Of a stretch of DNA of 64,000 nt, positions 59,401 through 64,000 are shown one piece after another (position 1 is the first letter of the stretch; the number at the start of each line of letters is the position of its first letter). The notes under the pieces were generated by a model that saw only the letters and a program-made list of their open reading frames with translations, searched no databases and was not told the origin of the DNA. The translations under genes were made by a program, and so were the position numbers. The DNA is from an uncultured Chloroflexia bacterium (GTDB lineage: Bacteria > Chloroflexota > Limnocylindria > QHBO01): contig CAWBKO010000009.1 of the NCBI GenBank assembly GCA_963789435.1, positions 3,277 to 67,276 on the forward strand, written 5' to 3'.

Positions 59401-60128
59401 TTAGAAGGGCTCGCCGGCAGCGGCCCCATCATCGGAAGCGTCTCCCGCATCGGCGGACGGCGGCCCATCGCCGCCGACGGGATCAACCGGCGAGACTCGG
59501 CTCGCCGCCCCACCGAGCGAGAGGAAGGACTCGATCGTCGTCTCCCGGACCGCCGGGACGATCGCCACCGGCGCCGGCGCGGAGCCCGCCATCGACGCAC
59601 TGACCAGGAAGGCGGCTTCGGCGTCCGACGGCGGCGCGGCCGGCACGTAGACGACCGGAACCTGGGCGTCGCCGCGCGGTCGTGGCATGAGCGCCTGCCG
59701 TTCGAACAGCTCGGCGGCGCTGCTGGTCAGCACCTCGGTCTCGGCCGACCCGGCCTCGGGATGGGTGATCGCCACGTGTGTCGAGGTGGCGATGATCCCC
59801 GCCAGGGCCATGGCGGTGATGGCGGTCGCCGTCCGCAGGCGCGCGGCGAGCGCACCGGCGCGGTCCGCGGAGGAAGCCGACGAATGCCCTGCTCGGGCTC
59901 CTGCGCACGCTCGAGGATGACGCCCCATACCGCGGGGGACGGCGCCGCATGCTCGATCCGCTCGGCGAGCGCGAGCCGCAGCTGCTGCACGAGGGCGCGG
60001 TCGAAGCCGACCTCGTCGCGGCAATGGCGGCACTCCGCCAGGTGGTCGAGATGCGGGGCCGAGCTCGGACCGAACTCACCGAAGCGCGCCAGCCACAGGA
60101 GCTCGCGGCAGATGCGGCGGCAGCTCAT
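59401..60128 (-). CDS. Anti-sigma factor (zf-HC2 type, single TM); one apparent frameshift near 59890.
   Basis: HLDHLAECRHCRDE (H-x3-C-x2-C). A TM segment (AITAMALAGIIATS) lies in the second frame. The ATG overlaps the sigma-factor stop (ATGA). Confidence 0.75.
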
Positions 60129-60769
60129 CGTGTCGTGACCCGCGCCGCGACGGTCGAGCCGACTGGCAGGCGGCGCTCGACCGGCAGCCGGACGCGCAGC
60201 GCCTTGAGCGCGTAGTGCAGGCGCGACTTCATGGTGCCGACGTTGCAGTCGGCGATCTCGGCGGCCTCGGCCAGCGAGTAGCCGTGGAGGTAGTAGAGGA
60301 TGATGGCCGTCTGCTGCTTCGGCGGCAGCGCGTCGATCCCGCGCTGGAGGACCTCGAGCACCTCGCGCGATTCCACCACCTGGTCCGGGCGCGCGGCGAG
60401 GTCGACGACGAGGTTGGTGATCAGGCTCGTGATCGGCTCGGCCAGGGTCCTGCGGCGGCTCACGCGGCTGTAGCACAGGTTGATCGTCACGCGCTGGAGC
60501 CAGGGCAGCGGCGAGCGCGCCTCGTCCAGACGCTCACGCACCCGGTACGCCTTGACGAAGCAGTCCTGGAGGACCTCCTCGGCGAGGAACGGGTCGCGCG
60601 TGATGGCGAGCGCCGTCGCGTAGACAGGGCGCTTGAAGGTGTTGAAGAACTCCTCGAACGCGTCGAGGTCGCCGCTCTTCATGCGTTCGACGAGGTTGTC
60701 CGGCTGGCTCGGTTCCACTGGCACCTGTGCCGCTCGATCGCCGAGTTGGGGCGTGATGGGGTTTGTCAT
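60125..60769 (-). CDS. ECF-type sigma-70 family RNA polymerase sigma factor.
   Basis: Region 2 is FEEFFNTFKRPVYATALAITRDPFLAEEVLQDCFVKAY. Region 4 is LPPKQQTAIILYYLHGYSLAEAAEIADCNVGTMKSRLHYA. Confidence 0.88.
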   Translation of the reverse strand: MTNPITPQLGDRAAQVPVEPSQPDNLVERMKSGDLDAFEEFFNTFKRPVYATALAITRDPFLAEEVLQDCFVKAYRVRERLDEARSPLPWLQRVTINLCYSRVSRRRTLAEPITSLITNLVVDLAARPDQVVESREVLEVLQRGIDALPPKQQTAIILYYLHGYSLAEAAEIADCNVGTMKSRLHYALKALRVRLPVERRLPVGSTVAARVTTR

Positions 60770-60852
60770 AGTACGACGCGCCGTCCAGATAGGTTCAGAC
60801 CGATCCCTGACGCCGATTCATACGGGCGAGGTTGCTTCAAGCGGTCGGCGCC

Positions 60853-62502
60853 TCAGCTGCCGGCGTCTCCGATGGCTCGACGGGCGCATCGACGTTGCTC
60901 ACCGAATCGGTAGCGGAGGTCAGGGCGGCGAGCGGCCGCAGCCTCGTCGAGCCGGCCGACCGGGGTCGTGACCGGCGCTCGCTTGACCGCCTCCGGATCG
61001 GTCGCGGCCTGCTCAGCGATCTCGCGCATCACCCCGACGAAGTAGTCGAGCGTCTCCAGGCTCTCCGTCTCGGTCGGCTCGACCATGAGCGCCTCCTCGA
61101 CGATGAGCGGGAAGTAGATGGTCGGCGGGTGGATGCCGTGGTCGAGGATCGCCTTGGCGATGTCGAGGGTCGTCACGCCGTGCTCTCGCTTCTGCCGTCG
61201 GCCGCTGAACACGACCTCGTGCTTGCTCAGGCGGTCGTACGGCAGGTCGTAGACGTCGTGGAGGCGCACCCGGAGGTAGTTGGCGGCAAGGACGGCATCC
61301 TCGCTGATCGTGCGCAGGCCGGCGTCGCCGTTGCTGCGGATGTAGGTGTAGGCGCGCACAAACATGCCGAAGTTGCCGTAGAGCGAGCGGACCTTGCCGA
61401 TGCTGCGTGGCCGATCGTCGTCGAGCGCGAATCGAGCGCCCGGCGTCGAGCGTCCCGCCCAGGCGTTCGCCCGTACCTCGTCGGGATCGCCCTCGACCAG
61501 GACCGGCATCGGCCGCGGCAGGAAGGGCTCCAGGCGCTCGCTCACGCCCAGCGGGCCGGCGCCCGGACCCCCGCCTCCGTGCGGCGTGCTGAACGTCTTA
61601 TGCAGGTTGAAATGCATGATGTCGAAGCCGGCCTCGCCAGGGCGGAAGCGGCCGAGGATGGCGTTGAGGTTGGCGCCGTCCATGTATGCGATCGCCCCCG
61701 CCTCCTTCACGGCGGCCAGGACCTGGTCGATCTGGTCCTCGAAGATGCCGAGCGTGCTGGGGTTGGTGATCATGAGCGCCGCCACGTCGGGTCCCAGCGC
61801 GGCTCGCAGCGCGTCGAGGTCGATCCCGCCGCGCTCGTTGGAGCGGATGGTGACGGTCTGATACCCGGCCATCGTGGCGGTGGCGGGGTTCGTGCCGTGC
61901 GCGCTGTCCGGCACGAGCACCTTCGTGCGTTGGTCGCCCTCCCCGTTGGCGCGGTGGTAGGCGCGCGCCATGAGGATGCCGGTCAGCTCGCCGTGCGCGC
62001 CGGCGGCCGGCTGGAGGCTGATCGCGCCGAAGCCGCTGACCTCCTTGAGCAGCTCGGCCAGCAGCCACATCAGCTCGAGGCTGCCCTGGCTGAGCTCCGC
62101 CGGATCGAGCGGATGAGACTCGGCCAGGCCGGGCAACCCTGCCGCCCACTCGTTGACCTTCGGGTTGTACTTCATCGTGCACGACCCGAGCGGATAGAAG
62201 TTCAGGTCGATCGCCTGGTTCAGGTGCGCGAGCCGGTTGAAGTGGCGGAGCATGTCGAGCTCGCTCACCTCCGGCAGGCGTGGCGCCTCCGCGCGCAGCG
62301 CCGATGCGGGCAGCTGCGGCTGCTCGGCGCCCGCCTCGCGGGCGGCCTCCGAGGCGTGCGGGAACCGCACGGCCCGTCGCTCCGCTCGAGACCGCTCGAA
62401 GATGAGCGGCTCGACCACCGTCAGCTCTTCACCGCCGGCCGCGCCCGAAAACGCGGCCCCGCGGCCCGAGGCGTCGGGGCGACCGGGCGCCTCGACGCTC
62501 AC
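60853..62502 (-). CDS. gcvPB: Glycine dehydrogenase (decarboxylating) subunit 2.
   Basis: YPLGSCTMKYNP and the PLP-lysine context NLHKTFSTPHGGGGPG. The GTG overlaps the gcvPA stop (GTGA). Confidence 0.93.
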   Translation of the reverse strand: MSVEAPGRPDASGRGAAFSGAAGGEELTVVEPLIFERSRAERRAVRFPHASEAAREAGAEQPQLPASALRAEAPRLPEVSELDMLRHFNRLAHLNQAIDLNFYPLGSCTMKYNPKVNEWAAGLPGLAESHPLDPAELSQGSLELMWLLAELLKEVSGFGAISLQPAAGAHGELTGILMARAYHRANGEGDQRTKVLVPDSAHGTNPATATMAGYQTVTIRSNERGGIDLDALRAALGPDVAALMITNPSTLGIFEDQIDQVLAAVKEAGAIAYMDGANLNAILGRFRPGEAGFDIMHFNLHKTFSTPHGGGGPGAGPLGVSERLEPFLPRPMPVLVEGDPDEVRANAWAGRSTPGARFALDDDRPRSIGKVRSLYGNFGMFVRAYTYIRSNGDAGLRTISEDAVLAANYLRVRLHDVYDLPYDRLSKHEVVFSGRRQKREHGVTTLDIAKAILDHGIHPPTIYFPLIVEEALMVEPTETESLETLDYFVGVMREIAEQAATDPEAVKRAPVTTPVGRLDEAAAARRPDLRYRFGEQRRCARRAIGDAGS

Positions 62503-63836
62503 CGTGTCTCCTGCAGTGCGGCAGCCAGGCGCGCGATGTCGTCGTCGGTGGTCAGCTCGGTCGCGGCCAGCAGCAGCGTGTCCCGCAACTCCGGCTCGTC
62601 ACGCTCCAGGACGTGGCCGGCCACGATGCCCCGCTCCGCGAGGGCCGCATGGCGGCGCGCGGCATCGGGCATGCGCAGCGCGACCTCGTTGAGATAGGTC
62701 CCGCCGAAGCGTCGCTCGGCAAGGCCGGCCGACTCGAGCGCGCCGGCGAGGTGGCGCGCCTGGGTCGTCGAAAGCTCCGCTACCTCGCGCAGCCCGTTCG
62801 GTCCGACGGCGGTCAGGTAGGCGGTCGCGGCCAGGGCCATGAGCGCCTGGTTCGTGCAGATGTTGCTGGCCGCCTTCTCGCGGCGGATGTGCTGCTCGCG
62901 CGCCTGGAGCGTCAGGACGTAGCCCTTGCGGCCCTGCACGTCACGCGTCGCTCCCACGAGGCGGCCCGGCATCTGGCGGACCGACGCCATGCGCGCGGCC
63001 ATCAGCCCCACGTACGGGCCGCCGAAGCTCACCGGAATGCCGAGGGGCTGGCCCTCTGCCGTGACGATGTCGGCCCCGTACGCCCCTGGCGCCTCGAGCA
63101 GCGCCAGCGAGGTCGGCTCGACCACGGCGACGAACTGCGCGCCGACCGCGTGCGCGGCATCGGCGAGGTCGCGCATCGGCTCGAGCTGGCCGTAGAAGTT
63201 CGGCTGAGCGGCGATGAAGCACGCGACCTCGTCGAGCGCCTCGAGCGCGCCGGGATCGGTGGTCCCGTCGCCGCCCTCGGCCAGGTCGATCGGGACGGTG
63301 ACGACCTCGATGCCGGGCCCGGAGCAGTAGGTCTCGAGGACGCGGCGGTAATCCGGGTTCACGCCGGCCGAGACGGCGACCCGCGAGCGCCGCGTCAGGC
63401 GGCACGCCATGAGCGCCGCCTCGGCGGTGGCGGTGGCGCCGTCGTAGTGGCTGGCGGTCGCGACCTCCATGCCGGTGAGCTCGCAGATGAGCGACTGGAA
63501 CTCGTAGATGCTCTGGAGCGTGCCCTGGCTGACCTCCGGCTGGTACGGCGTATAGGAGGTGGCGAACTCGGGGCGGCCGATCACCTCCCCGACCACCGAC
63601 GGGATCAGGTGGCGGTAGACGCCGGCACCGAGGAAGCTGACCTCCGGGATCCGGTTGCGGCCGGCGAGGCGAGCAAGCTCCGCGCGGACTTCCTGCTCTG
63701 CCAGGGGAGGCGGGACATCCCACGCTCCGGCGCGGACGGCGACCGGAATGTCCGCGAACAGGTCGTCGACGGACTCGACGCCGACCGCCTCCAGCATCAG
63801 CGCGCGGTCGGCCTCGGTGTGAGGCGAGTAGGTCAT
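62499..63836 (-). CDS. gcvPA: Glycine dehydrogenase (decarboxylating) subunit 1.
   Basis: SFLGAGVYRH, YTPYQPEVSQGTLQ and REQHIRREKA(A)SNICTNQAL. Intact at 445 aa. Confidence 0.93.
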   Translation of the reverse strand: MTYSPHTEADRALMLEAVGVESVDDLFADIPVAVRAGAWDVPPPLAEQEVRAELARLAGRNRIPEVSFLGAGVYRHLIPSVVGEVIGRPEFATSYTPYQPEVSQGTLQSIYEFQSLICELTGMEVATASHYDGATATAEAALMACRLTRRSRVAVSAGVNPDYRRVLETYCSGPGIEVVTVPIDLAEGGDGTTDPGALEALDEVACFIAAQPNFYGQLEPMRDLADAAHAVGAQFVAVVEPTSLALLEAPGAYGADIVTAEGQPLGIPVSFGGPYVGLMAARMASVRQMPGRLVGATRDVQGRKGYVLTLQAREQHIRREKAASNICTNQALMALAATAYLTAVGPNGLREVAELSTTQARHLAGALESAGLAERRFGGTYLNEVALRMPDAARRHAALAERGIVAGHVLERDEPELRDTLLLAATELTTDDDIARLAAALQETR

Positions 63837-63849
63837 CGGGTCGCCGCCG

Positions 63850-64000
63850 TCAGGCGGTCTCGTCCGCGTAGGCCGCCGCGTCCATGAGGACGTCGAGCTC
63901 GGCCGTGTCGGCGAGCTCCACCTTCAGGATCCATCCTTCGCCGAAGGGATCGGAGTTGAGCAGCTCGGGAGCGTCCCGCAGCGCCTCGTTCACCTCGACG
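63850..64000 (-). CDS. gcvH: Glycine cleavage system H protein; C-terminal fragment (the 5' end is beyond the right edge).
   Basis: Manual translation gives ...[49 protein letters not shown], with the stop at 63850-63852. Confidence 0.85.
   Translation of the reverse strand, partial: VEVNEALRDAPELLNSDPFGEGWILKVELADTAELDVLMDAAAYADETA

Noticed and set aside
60773-60797. ECF-type autoregulatory promoter upstream of the sigma factor gene (TGAACC ... CGTCGT).
   Set aside because: The spacer between the two elements is only 13 nt, against about 16-17 nt for typical ECF promoters. This cannot be supported from sequence alone.

Overview
High-GC (roughly 70%) bacterial chromosomal segment of Actinomycetota/Chloroflexota-like character. 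It is densely packed with about 70 protein-coding genes, mostly on the minus strand and often joined by 4-nt ATGA/GTGA stop-start overlaps. Recognisable content: a giant S8 protease-Calx-beta-Ig-repeat surface protein (1-4148), a HisKA_3 kinase/NarL-type regulator pair, a glycogen-debranching-like enzyme, a GT4 glycosyltransferase, gatB, a membrane PAS-GGDEF-EAL protein, PPK2, a Na+/H+ antiporter, GH5, an aldo-keto reductase, gatCA, ligA, pcrA, groES-groEL with a CIRCE operator, metG, an ssb paralog, a split glutamine-dependent NAD synthetase, a five-gene peptide ABC transporter, an ECF sigma/anti-sigma pair, and gcvH-gcvPA-gcvPB. I found no rRNA, tRNA, CRISPR array, transposase or integrase. 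The dominant unexplained signal is about 40 apparent frameshifts in otherwise well-conserved genes, including gatA, gatB and gatC. About 26 of them fall in the first 14.5 kb, which looks more like indel error than gene decay. I see no compelling novel multi-gene system (defence island, retroelement, etc.). The best second-look candidates are: a dense TACGGA hexamer array in a divergent intergenic region; a leaderless-promoter architecture that includes an identical 15-mer in front of ligA and pcrA; two DinB paralogs wedged into a pcrA-ligA cluster; a lower-GC islet with an XRE regulator and orphan small proteins next to groEL; and an ArsR-like regulator co-oriented with a circularly permuted orphan N4/N6-type methyltransferase. 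All family calls rest on motif recognition by eye. No database search was run.
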